From Mobula hypostoma (lineage: Eukaryota): a stretch of 64,000 bases of DNA. The notes under the pieces were generated by a model. The model saw only the letters and a program-made list of their open reading frames with translations. It did no database searches and was not told the origin of the DNA. The stretch lies in contig NC_086097.1 in assembly GCF_963921235.1 (NCBI RefSeq), positions 185,258,001 to 185,322,000 on the forward strand, in the 5' to 3' direction. The translations under genes were made by a program, and so were the position numbers. Shown here one piece after another: positions 1 through 12,330 of the stretch; the stretch's first letter is position 1, and each line of letters opens with the position of its first letter.

Positions 1-220
1 TGTGCACTGCGACGCCACTTTGATGGAAGAAGAAAGAAATAGCTATTAAAGCATATGTACATTTCGTGAATACTTTGGAATTGTGTAAAATAACCTTCAA
101 CTCATTTACAATCTGATTTGAGATAAATGGAAATGCTTTCTCATGGCCAGTAGTATTTCTGAAAACATGCAGGCAATAAATCTCATCAAGGAAGCAAGGA
201 AAGGAAAAGTATGTCGCATC

Positions 221-431
221 TGGGGTTTCTCCGGTTAGCGGACAATTTCCCTCCACGCCTCTCTGACATAGTGGGGAACCGCGTACGAGGCAAGTTACCG
301 CAGCGGTTTGCCATTGCCTTCTGCCGGGTGAGTTTCCAAAGAGATCACCAGCTTGTAACCTAGCACGGATGGAAAGTGTGCAGGGGAGCCGGCTGGATTC
401 CGGCGCTGATGCCACTACGCCACCAGCCAGG
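221..431 (-). mobile_element. tRNA-headed SINE with RTE-type tail (internally deleted)
   Basis: Minus strand begins CCTGGCTGGTGGCGTAGTGG (pol III A-box-like), followed by a partial B-box (GAATCC). It later carries AGAAGGCAATGGCAAACC, a motif typical of Bov-A/Sauria-type RTE-dependent SINE tails. Confidence 0.6.
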
Positions 432-1699
432 TTAGAGAAAGCAAAACACAATATAACTTACAGAAATCAGCTTGAAAGCATATTGCACTCTGACTGACTT
501 AAGTAACCCACAAAAAAACTGCAGATATATCATTTTTAGAAGTAATTCAAGTGTTGGACAATGCTTTAGATAACTATAGCTCTGGAACAGATAGTCAAAA
601 GCAAAAAGAAACTAAAGCAAAAGGAAGGGTTAATTGCAATGCTCAAACACCAATAAAGACAACACTGCTTTGGAAAGTGGATCTAAGTTTGCTGTAAAGG
701 AAAGGAGGATAAAAATGAAGCCATTAAGCATTAAAAGCCTTATTTAGGACTGTGACTTTATGGTAATGACAGACAACAAACCTAGGGTTTACTTTCTAAG
801 TTGGACACAAATGTAATGGTCCTGTGGCAAATGTAATATTAGTCTACATGTAAAGAAAAATGCAGGAAGTTTTGGTTCAAGAACAAGGACAAAATCATGT
901 GACTGCAAAGGATTCATGCTATTATAGTCACATCTTATAGGACTGTTCTTGATAAAATTCCAAGATGCAACTCACATTAGAAGAAAGTGCCTACAGTAGT
1001 AGTTTGTAAAATTAAGTGCAACACAATAGGGAAGAGTGTAGCCTCAAATGCCTCTTGAACATAGAGTGAACAAATTTCTCAGGAAGTTACAAAAAGCAAA
1101 TACACATAATATAATTGCTATGGATAACACAGAAATGATCTTATATAGCATTTATGCAATAAGCAACAGTCCCATGAGACCACAGGACTTTAAAGTTCTA
1201 ATTTTGATTGGCAGAAAGTCATTAGAGGAGTTTCAATGCAGCTGTGGATCATTCCACCATTCGGAAGCTCAGCTAGGACCAGCTGTTCGGTCATCCACCT
1301 TCAAAGGGGACAAGGTCATTCTTTAGACTTTTTCAGAGCAAATTTTAAAAACCTTTGTACGGATGCAATGTATGGTATGGAATGAGGACGAGTGTCAACT
1401 CCACTAACTGGATTGCAATAATTGACAAAGATGGGCTAACAGCACAGAAACTGGTGGGTTTTCTGTCTGATCTCTAGGATAATGTTTGCTTGCATTAGTA
1501 ATAAAAGTTTAAATTTCACATTGTAAGTTGTGGACGGATATTTCCCAGTCACAAGTAGCAAGATTTCCTAGCTAACTCAGCCACATGTAATACGAAAACA
1601 AATCAATGAACGAGAAGATATATAAGTAAACACATAAGTACCCACAGATTTATTTGGTATTTACAGTAATTGTGGCTATAAATTTACAAGGATATTTAA

Positions 1700-1868
1700 A
1701 ATAGAAGTATCAGGAATATCTGAGGATTTATAAGGCATTAGTCAGACCACATTTGGAGTATCGTGAGCAGTTTTGGGCTCCATGTCTAAGAAAAATGTAC
1801 TGACATAGGAGAAGGGCTAGATGAAGTTCACAGCAATGATTCTGAGAATGAAAGGGTTAATGTATGAG
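1700..1868 (+). mobile_element. CR1 LINE fragment (C-terminal ORF2)
   Basis: Translates to LRIYKALVRPHLEYREQFWAPCL, matching the CR1 motif LYKALVRPHLEYCVQFWSP. Confidence 0.75.
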
Positions 1869-1883
1869 TTTTATTTCTCCCGC

Positions 1884-2685
1884 ACAGACTTAATATGTAC
1901 CCCAACAATAACAGCCAACATAGAGTATTCTTACTACTTCAATTAACTGTGCAAAATATATTTTGGACCCAGAGAGTCTCCACGAGGAAATAAGATGTTT
2001 ACGCATGACATTCTTACAGAATGGCTGCAAGGAGAAGGAAATCAATCAGGCCCTTAAAAGGGCCAATGGAAAAACCAGGAAACCTAACAACGAGGATGAA
2101 TCTGTAACTACCACCTGGCTTCCCCATATTTCCATGGTTTCTATAAGGATCACTAGGATCCTGAAGAAATACCAGATTAATAATATCCACAAACCCATAA
2201 GGAAGCTCAAATCACAGCTTACGTGGGTCAAAGGTGGCCTGGGACTTAGGTCAGCTGGCATTTACAAGATTCCTTGTGAATGCAAAGCAGCATATTTCAG
2301 CCACACATCAAGCAGCACAAGAGGTGTATCCATATGGGTTACTCGGAGAAATCAGCAGGAGCAGAGCACTGCATTCGCAATGGCCATAGGATTGACTCCA
2401 ATGACACAAAACTACTGGGACCGCCTGGTGAAGGAAGTCTTTGAATTTTAACAAAGACGAAGGTCTCACACAAAGTAACAACTGGAATTCAATTGTAAGC
2501 AAGAAGGGAGAACAGAAACCTGATTAAATGAGGACTAACCAATCAGGAGGGATGGACTATGTATAAATACCACCAGACTAGACTTGCCCAGACTTCATCC
2601 CTGATGAAGATGGCAGAGTTTGTCATCAAAATATCGGTTAAACTTGGTATCTGTACTCGGCTGGAAGCCCAAGAAGAGTTAATTC
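1884..2685 (+). mobile_element. Penelope-like element, 3' part (thumb/linker + GIY-YIG remnant + pLTR)
   Basis: ORF 1963-2451 contains TFLQNG, TTWLPHISMVSIRITRILKKY and GIYKIPCECKAAY (GIY-YIG start typical of PLEs). The 3' region has a TATA-like GTATAAATA and a hammerhead-like motif. Confidence 0.8.
2597..2639 (+). ncRNA. Degenerate minimal hammerhead ribozyme motif in PLE terminal repeat
   Basis: CTGATGA (2601-2607), extra A, stem II GATGGCA/TGTCATC, then AAAATATC where GAAACGTC is expected. Core is mutated. Confidence 0.55.
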
Positions 2686-3496
2686 GCAAAAATATATATT
2701 TAAAAAATCAAAGAATAACAGTGACTCAAGTCAAGAGTTTTCAGCTTCCTCAGTTCCAGGAATGGATAGAGCATCGAGACAAGCTACAGAGCAAAGGAAG
2801 TCAAACCAACAGCAAATCTGGTCAACAGACTAAATCTGTGATGACTGTATATAATGTGGAAAGTATTTTCATACACTTTCTTCAAAGAGGAAATGCAAGG
2901 TATTGTGTTGGTGTATGGTTATATGAATAAGTCACATCTGGTCCAAGGGTACAAATATAATTTAACACAAAATCCGATGAGTCCCTCACTGCTGGATTTG
3001 AGATAAACAATCCTGCTTAAAGCTCCCATGTTCTGTAACAGTGACTGAAACTAGATCTTAACAGAACTCTAGTAGTATCCAAAATTGATCCTGGAGTGTA
3101 TTATAGTTAGCAATAATTGAGTTCACACAGCTTTTCCAATAGAACTATAATTACCATTTCTTTTGACCATTTCCAATAGTTTGTGCTGTTTAGATCTGCT
3201 CAGATCTATCACTTAAACAGGCACAAAATACTCTTGTACTACTTGACTGAGACACTGAAGATGGTTAAAGGTATCATTTCCCCATAACAGCATAGGATGA
3301 AAGCAAAATACCTGTGAATAATTCTACACAGGTATAATTTTTCAAAATGGTATAGTACTTCTTCATTATTCATCAGGAAGAATACATCAGTACAAAATAA
3401 TCCAAAAGCATTTGTATCAAATATACTGAAAACATTATTTATTGGATATTACAATCTCCCTATTGTATTTTCTTTTTACTGTTATCAGCATAATAA

Positions 3497-4134
3497 TTTT
3501 AAGTAACAAATATCTTGTTCTGGATGCTGTTGAGGGGGATGACCTGACGGGGGACGCCCACGGTGACTGGGTCTCTGGCACTGAGCCTGGCGCTGTTGTG
3601 CAGGAGAGAAGGAGGGTGAAGAGAAATGCGGTAGTCGTGGGGGATTCCATAGTCAGGGGAACAGACAGGAGATTCTGTGAGCCTGACAGAGATACCCACA
3701 TGGTGTGTTGCCTCCCAGGTGCCAGGGTACGGAATGTCTCGGATCGGGTCCTGAATATTCTAAAGGGGGAGGGTGAGCAGCCAGTTGTCTTGGTACATGT
3801 TGGTACCAATGACATAGATAGGACAACGGAGGAGGTCCTGAAGAGAGATTTCCAGGAGTTAGGAAGGAAGCTGAGAAGCAGGACCTCCAGGGTAGTAATC
3901 TCGGGATTGCTACCTGTGCCACGTGGTAGCGAGGGCAAGAGTCGTCGGATCAGGCAGATGAATGCGTGGCTGAGAGACTGGTGCAGGGGGCAGGGCTTCA
4001 GATTCTTGGATAATTGGGATCTCTTCTGGGGGAAGTATGACCTGTTCAAAAAGGACAGGTTACACCTGAACCCGAAAGGGACCAATATCCTGGCGGGAAA
4101 GTTTAATAGAGCTGTTAGGGAGGGTTTAAACTAA
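3497..4134 (+). pseudogene. CR1 ORF1 SGNH/GDSL esterase domain (open frame, 5'-truncated)
   Basis: Motifs VVVGDSIVRG, CLPGARV, VHVGTNDI and DRLHLNPKG; stop at 4132-4134. Confidence 0.9.
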
Positions 4135-4317
4135 TTTGGCAGGGGGATGGGAACCGGAATGATAGAGCGGAGGAAGGGGAAAACAGAAATAAATCTAAGA
4201 TAGTGAGCAGTAAAGATGTCAGGAAAGACAGGCAGGTGATGGGGCAAATGTGTAGCCATTGGGATGAGTTACAGTGCAATAAAGTTGCAGTGAAATCAAA
4301 GCAAAAAGTATCAAATG

Positions 4318-7110
4318 CTGGTCTTAATACTTAAATGCACGCAGCATAAGAAATAAGGTGGATGACCTTGTTGTACAGCTACAGATTGGCAGGTATGATA
4401 TTGTGGCCATCACTGAGACCTGGCTAAAGGATGCATGTCTCTGGGAGCTGAACGTCCAAGGATACACGGTGTATCGGAAGGATAGGAAGGTAGGCACAGG
4501 GGGAGGCGTGGCTTTATTGGTAAGAAATGATATTAAATCATTAGAAAGAGGTGATATAGGATCGGAAGGTGCAGAATCTTTATGGTTGAGCTAAGGAATA
4601 GCAGAGGTAAAAGGACCCTGATGGCAGTTATTTAAAGGCCTCCAAACAGCTGCAGGGATGTGGACTACAAATTACAACTGGAAATAGAAAAGGCTTCTCA
4701 GAAGGGCAGTGTTATGATAATTGTGGGAGATTTTAACATGCGAGTAGATTGGAAAAATCAGGTCGGCACTGGATCTCAAGAGAGAGAATTTGTAGAATGT
4801 CTGCGAGATGGCTTTTTAGAACAGCTTGCTGTTGAGCCCACTAGGGGATTGGCTGTACTGGATTGGGTATTGTGTAATGAACCGGAGGTGATTGGAGAGA
4901 TTGAGGTGAAGGAACCCTTAGGAGGCAGTGATCATAACATGATTGAGTTCACTTTGAAATTAGAAAAAGAGAAGCCGAAATCTGATGTGTCGGTGTTTCA
5001 GTGGAGTAAAGGAAACTACAGTGGCATGAGAGAGGAACTGGCCAAAGTTGACTGGGAAGAGACACTGGCGGGAAAGACGGCAGAGCAGCAGTGGCTGGAG
5101 TTTATGCGAGAAATGAGGAATGTGCAAGACAGGTATATTCCAAACAAGAAGAAATTTTCGAGTGGAAAAAGGATGCAACCGTGGTTGACAAGAGAAGTCA
5201 AAGCCAAAGTTAAAGCTAAGGAGAGGGCATACAAGGAAGCAAAAATTAGTGGGAAGACAGAGGATTGGGAAGTCTTTAAAACCTTACAAAAGGAAACCAA
5301 GAAGGTCATTAAGAGAGAAAAGATTAACTATGAAAGGAAACTAGCAAATAATATCGAAGAGGATACTAAAAGCTTTTTCAAGTATATAAAGAGTAAAAGA
5401 CAGGTGAGAGTAGATATAGGACCGATAGAAAATGATACTGGAGAAATTGTAATGGGAGATGAGGAGATGGCAGAGGAACTGAACAAGTATTTTGCATCAG
5501 TCTTCACTGAGGAAGACAGCAGGATACCGGACACTCAAGGGTGGCAGGGAAGAGAAGTGTGCGCAGTCACAATTACGACAGAGAAAGTACTCAGGAAGCT
5601 GAATAGGCTAAAGGTCGATAAATTTCCTGGACCAGATGGAATGCACCCTCGTGTTCTGAAGGAAGTAGCTGTGGAGATTGCGGAGGCATTAGCGATGATC
5701 TTTCAAAAGTCGATAGATTCTGGCATGGTTCCGGAAGACTGGAAGATTGCAAATGTCACTCCGCTATTTAAGAAGGGGGCAAGGAAGCAAAAAGGAAATT
5801 ATAGACCTGTTAGCTTGACGTCGGTGGTTGGGAAGTTGTTGGAGTTGATTGTCAAGGATGAGGTTACAGAGTACCTGGAGGCATATGACAAGATAGGCAG
5901 AACTCAGCATGGATTCCTTCAAGAAAAATCCTGCCTGACAAACCTATTACAATTTTTGAGGAAATTACCAGTAGGCTAGACAAGGGAGATGCAGTGGATG
6001 TTGTATATTTGGATTTTCAGAAGGCGTTTGACAAGGTGCCACACATGAGGCTGCTTAACAAGATAAGAGCCCATGGAATTACAGGAAAGTTACATACGTG
6101 GATAGAGTGTTGACTGATTGGCAGGAAACAGAGAGTGGGAATAAAGGGATCCTATTCTGGTTGGCTGCCGGTTACCAGTGTTGTTCCACAGGGATCAGTA
6201 TTGGGGCCGCTTCTTTTTACATTGTACATCAACGATTTGGATTATGGAATAGATGGCTTTGTGGCTAAGTTTGCTGATGATACAACGATAGGTGGAGGGG
6301 CCGGTAGTGCTGAGGAAACGGAGAGTCTGCAGAGAGACTTGGATAGATTGGAAGAATGGGCAGAGAAGTGGCAAATGAAGTACAATGTTGGAAAGTGTAT
6401 GGTTATGCACTTTGGCAGAGAAAATAAACGGGCAGACTATTATTTAAATGGGGAAAGAATTCAAAGTTCTGAGATGCAACGGGACTTGGGAGTCCTCGTA
6501 CAGGATTCCCTTAAAGTTAACCTCCAGGTTGAGCCGGTAGTGAAGAAGGCGAATGCAATGTTGGCATTCATTTCTAGAGGAATAGAGTATATGAGCAGGG
6601 ATGTGATATTGAGGCTCTATAAGGTGCTGGTGAGACCTCACTTGGAGTACAGTGGGCAGTTTTGGTCTCCTTATTTAAGAAAGGATGTGCTGACGTTGGA
6701 GAGGGTACAGAGAAGATTCACTAGAATGATTCCGGGAATGAGAGGGTTAACATATGAGGAACGTTTGTCCGCTCTTGGGCTGTATTCCTTGGAGTTTAGA
6801 AGAATGAGGGGAGACCTCATAGAAACATTTTGAATGTTAGAAGGCATGGACAGAGTGGATGTGGCAAAGTTGTTTCCCATGATGGGGGAGTCTAGTACGA
6901 GAGGGCATGACTTCAGGATTGAAGAGCACCCTTTCAGAACAGAAATGCGAAAACATTTTTTTAGTCAGAGGGTGGTGAATCTATGGAATTTGTTGCCACA
7001 GGCAGCAGTGGAGGCCAAGTCATTGGGTGTATTTTAAGGCAGAGATTGATAGGTATCTGAGTAGCCAGGGCATCAAAGGTTATGGTGAGAAGGCGGGGCA
7101 GTGGGACTAA
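4318..7110 (+). pseudogene. CR1 ORF2 (APE endonuclease + reverse transcriptase), disrupted
   Basis: Motifs NARSIRNK, AITETWL, GGGVALLV, GDFN, SDHN, NYRPVSLTS, PQGSVLGP and KFADD. Split by stops and frameshifts (e.g. ~4592, ~5955, 6831, ~7035). Confidence 0.93.
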
Positions 7111-8326
7111 ATAGGATAAAATGGATCAGCTCATGATAAAATGGCGGAGCAGACTCGATGGGCCAAATGGCCTACTCCTGTTCCTTTGTCTTATGGTCTA
7201 TGGTCTTATAATGTAAAAGATATGTGATAAGTAAAATATCACTCTTAAAAGAGTAAGCACTGAAATAATTCCATTCAAACTTTCTCTCCATTTTTTTATG
7301 CAAGTAAACCGGCGCTATTCCTTAAAAAGGTTCACTTTCATACTTTTGAAACTAATCTTATAGTTTCCATTGCAGATGCATCTGCAAAGTTCCAGACAAT
7401 TGTTTCCACATTATGGTGTGTTGTGCTCAAGCAAATAACTACCAAGAATAGTCTCTTTAAAAATCAGCTGAAATGCTACCAACTTGGCCACCAGGGTGAG
7501 CTTGCACTGCAGCAGATGCTGTGTCAGCTGCACTTCAACCTTCTCCAATGTGTTTATGTTTGCTTTTCCTCAGTTTGAATTCCAGTTTAAAACCAATGAA
7601 CTTCAACTCTATCATTGCAGAGATTGTTTTCTCAAGTTCCTTACCATTTCCTGCAAACACGTTCAACAGAACAGAGCTCATGCCTCGTTCAGCTCTTAAC
7701 TTAATAGCAATGCATTTAATGTCTCACACAAAAATAAGTTAAAGGGTATTTTAAAACCAAAGTAATTGCAATTTTGGAAATGTTTATTTTTGACTTTGGT
7801 TACTATGAGGAACACCAATAAATACTGCTGAAGAATTAGTCACAGCTTCAGTTTAGACACAGCTGGTCTTCATATGTGCCGTGTCTAGCCATTAATAGTT
7901 TTAAAAAGCATTTGTCTACGTGATGATGCTGCTGTACATTTCAGTACTCCTGTTGAATTGGAATTTAGTGGATGCTGAAGGAACTTATTTAAAAGATATA
8001 GCCAAGCTGTCCAGATTTCATAAAGTCTGGGCATTTTGTTGGCACAGACAGATCAGATTGGGAGTCCTAGGCAACTTTGTGGATTTGCTTTTTGTCAATA
8101 TTTGAGAAATATGTCCTTGGGTCAAGTGGTGAATCCTGAGTAAAAAAAAATCCTAGTAATTCAAATAACAGCTGACATTTAAAATGATTATTTGGACTCA
8201 GAATTCCATTGGAATATTGTAATTGGCATGGATATTGCAGGTTTGGATTGCTCACTCGAATGCTCACTTTTCCCTTCACTTTCTAATAGTCCTAGAGTGG
8301 AACAACACTTTTGCCCAATATGTATA

Positions 8327-8666
8327 TGCTCACTATCATGTATCGATCATGTATCTAGGAGATGAGTTATACAGCTCTTGTTACGTGCACGTACAGTTCA
8401 ACTCTTTGAGTGAAAATGCAGAAAGTTTGAAGTTAATAACTTATCTCCTTCTACCTTAGGCCACGAACTTATCAATCACCCCTGCTGTGGACCACTTTCT
8501 GGAGGTCCAAGATGCTGACTTCTACAAAGAAGGGATCCGTATGCTCCACGACCACTGGACTAAGTGTGTAAATGTAGGGGGTACTATGTTGAAAAATAAA
8601 CGTGCTAGGTTTTCTAAAATTTACTCCTTCTATCTTAGTCCACGAACTTATCAATCACCCCTCGTA
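8327..8666 (+). mobile_element. mariner-derived non-autonomous element (transposase C-terminus + right TIR)
   Basis: DHFLEVQDADFYKEGIRMLHDHWTKCVNVGG resembles the mariner C-terminus (FYxxGIxxLxxRWxKCV). Ends CACGAACTTATCAATCACCCCTCG+TA, and this terminal sequence is also duplicated internally at ~8462-8483. Confidence 0.75.
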
Positions 8667-8689
8667 AGTGCTGTAATTTGAGTAATACA

Positions 8690-9975
8690 GGTGGGTAAAG
8701 GAGATGGAGGGCCTCTGCTGCTGAGAAGGGAGAATATCACAGCAATCCTCAGAGAAAACACACTGGAGGGCTTACCAATAGAGACAATTTGGGGGAGGTT
8801 CCAAAATAAGAAAGGCGCAATTATCTGATTGGATGACACCATAGATCCCACCCACAGTCACCAGGGGGCGAGGGACAAATATGTGGACAGTGTATGGGAA
8901 GGAGCAGAAACAATAGGTTTGTCACAGTGGGGAGGGAGTGTGTTTTAACTTCCTCTGTATTGATTAGAACATTCTTAATACAAGAGGCTTAGATTTAATG
9001 AGATTTCTTCAGTACAGGCAAGAGACATTGTTGAAACATTATGTGAACAGTCCAACTAGAGAAGCAAACATACTGGCCCTGGTTTTGGGAAATGAACTGG
9101 ATCAGTGGAAAGACCTGATAGTGGATGAGCACTTTGGGAATACTGACCACAACTCATTATCTTTTATGATGGTTATAAATCTAGATAAAATTGGATCTTG
9201 CAGGAAGATACTAAATTGCAGGAGGGTAAATTGTGACCTCATGAGATTATGGGTGTTGATTGAGAGCAGCCACTGCAGGGCAAGTCCATGTCTGATATGA
9301 GGGAGTTGTTTAAAGACCAGTTGATCACAATTCAGTATCAACATGTTCTGGTAAGAAGTAAAGACTAAGGTGATGAAGCAAAGGAACCATAGCTGACCAA
9401 AGAAGTTTTAAATTTGGTCAGGAAGATAAAGGACATAAATCAGACTCTGCCCTTGTAGACTATAAAAATAGTAGGCAATTGTTTAAACAGGTTAAAACAG
9501 GTGAGTAGGATGGCCAAAGAGACCATAAAATGTCTTGGGTGAGCAGGATCAAAGAGAATGCAAAGCATTTTATACTTTTAGTAAAACTGAAGATAGTTTC
9601 ACTCAAGGATAAAGGAGGGATATGTTTTGTGTCAGAGCAAGTTGGTAAGGACTATCACAGAATAGAGTGGGATATAGATCAGTTTTAGATATGGACAGAG
9701 AAATGGCAGATGGAGTTTAATCCAGGCAAGTAAGAATTGCTGTACTTTGGGAAGTCAAATAGAAACAATAAGTATACAAACAATGGCAAACACTGAAATA
9801 AGAGGATCTTGAGATCTAAGTCTGTAGTTCAGTTAAAGTGGTTACACAAGCTGGTAAAGAAGGCATATTACATGTTTGCCTTCACTGGTAGGGGTGTTGA
9901 GTATAAGAGTACACATAAGTCATGCTACAGTTATAATAAACTTGCACTGCTCTCTGAGTATTGAGTGCATTTTCA
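8690..9975 (+). mobile_element. Old, deleted CR1 ORF2 remnant
   Basis: HYVNSPTREANILALVLGNE...EHFGNTDHNSLSF (APE end). Later segments match WTEKWQMEFNPGK. Confidence 0.75.
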
Positions 9976-10327
9976 AATCCCAGGTCAAAGAGTTTGGAGA
10001 TGAGTTTGCTTGGAATTATAGTAATTAAGACGGAGGTGTAGTCAATAAACAACAGTTTAAAGTAGCTATCTTTACTATCGAGCTGCTCCAAAGATCAGTG
10101 TGACCCAAGGAGATTCCAGCCACCATGTACCTGTTTTGGTAGTGTGTGAATTGCAGTGGGTCAAGGTTGTCTGTGAGGATGGAACAAATGTGTGTCATAA
10201 CCACCTTCTCAAAACACATCATGATGGTGGATGTCAGAGCCATTAGGCAGTGGTTATTATGACACATTACCTGATTTTTCTTAGGTACAGCAATGATAGT
10301 TGTTTTCTTAAGGCAGTTGAGAATGTA
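9976..10327 (-). mobile_element. Rex1/Babar-type LINE RT fragment (continues ~11342-11410)
   Basis: IIAVPKK...ALTSTIMMCFEKVV...LDPLQF and LLFIDYTS are Rex1-type RT motifs. Confidence 0.75.
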
Positions 10328-10803
10328 ACACTCAGTGGCCAATTTATTAGGTACCTTCCGTACTTAATCAAGTGGCCACTGAGTGTACGTTCGTGGTCTT
10401 CCATTGCTGTAACCTTCTAGGTTTGATGTGTTGTGCATTCAGAGATGTTCTGCTGCACACCACTGTTGTAACTCATGGTTATCTGAGTTACTGTTGCCTT
10501 CCTGTCAGCTTGAACCAGCTAGCCATTCTCCTCTGACCTCTCTAGTTAAGGCATTTTTGCCCACTGAACTGCTGTTCACTGGATGTTTTTTTTTAATCAC
10601 ATCATTCTCTGTAAACTCGAGAGACTGTTGGCATGAAAATCCCAGGGGATCAGCAGTTTCTGAGATACTCTAACCATCCCGTCTGGCACCAACATTCATT
10701 CCACACTAAAAGTCACTTAGATCACATTTCTTCCCCGTTCTGATGTTTGCTTTGAACAACAACTGAACCTCGACCATGATTTTATGCATTGAGTTGCTGT
10801 CAC

Positions 10804-10842
<39 letters not shown>

Positions 10843-11341
10843 TACTTTATTAATCCCGAGGGAAATTTGGTTTCGTTACAGCCACACCAACCAAGAATAG
10901 AGCGTAGATATAGCAATACAAAAAACCCCAACAATCAAACACCAAAATACAAACTATGCTAGATGGAAAATAAGTCCAGGACCAGTCTATTGGCTCAGGG
11001 TGTCTGACCCTCCACGGGAGGAGCTGCACGTTCGATGGCCACAGGCAGGAACGACCTCCTGTGCCGCCAAGTGTTGTATCACGGTGGAATGTGGCCAAAG
11101 TCCAACAGTAAAAAGTTCAATATCCAGTCTGCAAACACGTTCCTCGATTGTAATATACCTCGGATTGCACCATCCGTTGTTAGCCAGAACAGTAAGCACC
11201 CAACTCCTTTATGCTTACCGCTCTCAGTGCACTTCCGGTCAGCTGGAACGGTATTACCCACCGAACTCCTCTTCTCCATGATTGGCTGATTAGATATTTG
11301 TAAAAATGTGTAGGTGTACAGGTGTACAAATTAAGTGGCCA
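10328..11341. mobile_element. Tc1-derived non-autonomous DNA transposon, interrupted by a LINE fragment
   Basis: TIR-like CACTCAGTGGCCAATTTATTAGGTAC at 10329. Inverted copies at ~10370-10386 and ~11320-11341. The interior resembles fish Tc1 5' region in minus orientation (ATGGGGAAGAAATGTGATCTAAGTGACTTT). Confidence 0.7.
10806..11277 (-). mobile_element. Internally deleted Rex1-type LINE with (TATC)n tail
   Basis: (GATA)n at 10806-10842 is the minus-strand tail after AATAAA. An APE-like segment (ADRKCTESGKHKG) is joined to the C-terminal segment. CAT is duplicated at both junctions. Confidence 0.65.
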
Positions 11342-11454
11342 GGGACCCCATTCCAGCTAGATGTTTTCTGCAGGTTCACTCTCTGGAAAACTAATCCAGA
11401 GGATTGTGAGTTCAAGTGTGCTGGATCGTTGGTTTCCTTACTAATAGACTGCGG

Positions 11455-11765
11455 TAAGGAGACTTAAGGAATTTGGCACGATTCTTTTGACCCTCACCAA
11501 TTTTTATTTGTACAATATACAAAATGTCCTATGTGGATGTATCATAAGTTGCTTGGTATGGAAACTGCTTTGTTCGTAACAGCAGGGAATTGTGAACGCA
11601 GCTCAGCACATTTCAGAAACCAGCCTTGCCTGTACTTCTAACGGCCCCACTAAAGTAGCCAGCAGAATCAAGGACCTCAGCTATCTGGAGACTCTCGTTT
11701 CTCCCCCCTCCCAGAGGGCAGAAACACAAAAGCATAAGAGCACGTATTACCAGGCTTAAGGATTT
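11455..11765 (+). mobile_element. Rex1-type LINE 3' fragment
   Basis: Degenerate RRLKEFG...LTNFY, IKDLSYL and PLPEGR, as in other Rex1 C-terminal fragments in the window. Confidence 0.55.
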
Positions 11766-11799
11766 AATCCTTATCTTGTCTACAAAGATCGGTTCCTTA

Positions 11800-12330
11800 T
11801 GGTTGTTATAGCCAGGGTGGGATGGGGGGGATAATCACCCACTGCCTATTAAATGCTCTCAGTGATGTGCTTCTCAAACAGCCTCTGACAACCCAGTCCA
11901 GCTCCTAGCTTTCACGTGTGGCTTCGCTACTAAGCCTGGCGGAACCATTTCTACTGACAGGAGAATGGGCAAAGGCGGTTTATTGGTGCCTTTAAGCCAG
12001 TCGCTTCAGGCAGATGAGGCTAGCGGCTCATCGAGGAGAACCTTGCGGCTATACCCCCTCATGGGGAAAGCTTTGGGAGTAAGCGCCAAGGAAAAATCCA
12101 GAGCTGGGGTCTCTAATACAGTCCTACTGACTGGCAACTCCTGCGATGCCACTGGCTCCAAACGGTATCTGTCTCTGCTATTCCTTTGGGTTCATCAGCT
12201 GCATGGAAAGAGGGAGCCTGCTGCTTGCTCTCCATATTATACTGCCCTGAATTGCGCATCATGTAGACAGCTAGGACACAATATCCATAGTCCACTTCAA
12301 TTAATGGAGGAACTCCTACCAAGGTCCCTC
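11800..12330 (+). mobile_element. RTE-derived non-autonomous element (5' region)
   Basis: GC-richer non-coding block resembling RTE LINE 5' UTRs from recall; contains a ribozyme-like motif at 11902-11963. Confidence 0.5.

Larger units (their letters stand above)
3497..7209 (+). mobile_element. CR1 LINE, 5'-truncated within ORF1, otherwise near complete
   Basis: Esterase ORF1, then APE endonuclease and RT ORF2, a 3' UTR with GGGCCAAATGGCCT, and a (TTATGGTC)n-like tail ending ~7209. Confidence 0.95.

Noticed and set aside
1048..1326. 92-aa ORF with a kinase-like RPQDFKVLILIGR
   Set aside because: No GxGxxG or other kinase motifs follow, and there is no convincing splice structure.
3442..3500. 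Hydrophobic signal/TM-like N-terminus fused to the CR1 esterase
   Set aside because: The ORF starts at TTG, not ATG. The hydrophobic residues come from T-rich flanking DNA that is in frame by chance.
3435..4085. 216-aa minus ORF, and similar antisense ORFs over the CR1 and Gypsy elements
   Set aside because: These are shadow frames of TE coding sequence with no recognisable motifs.
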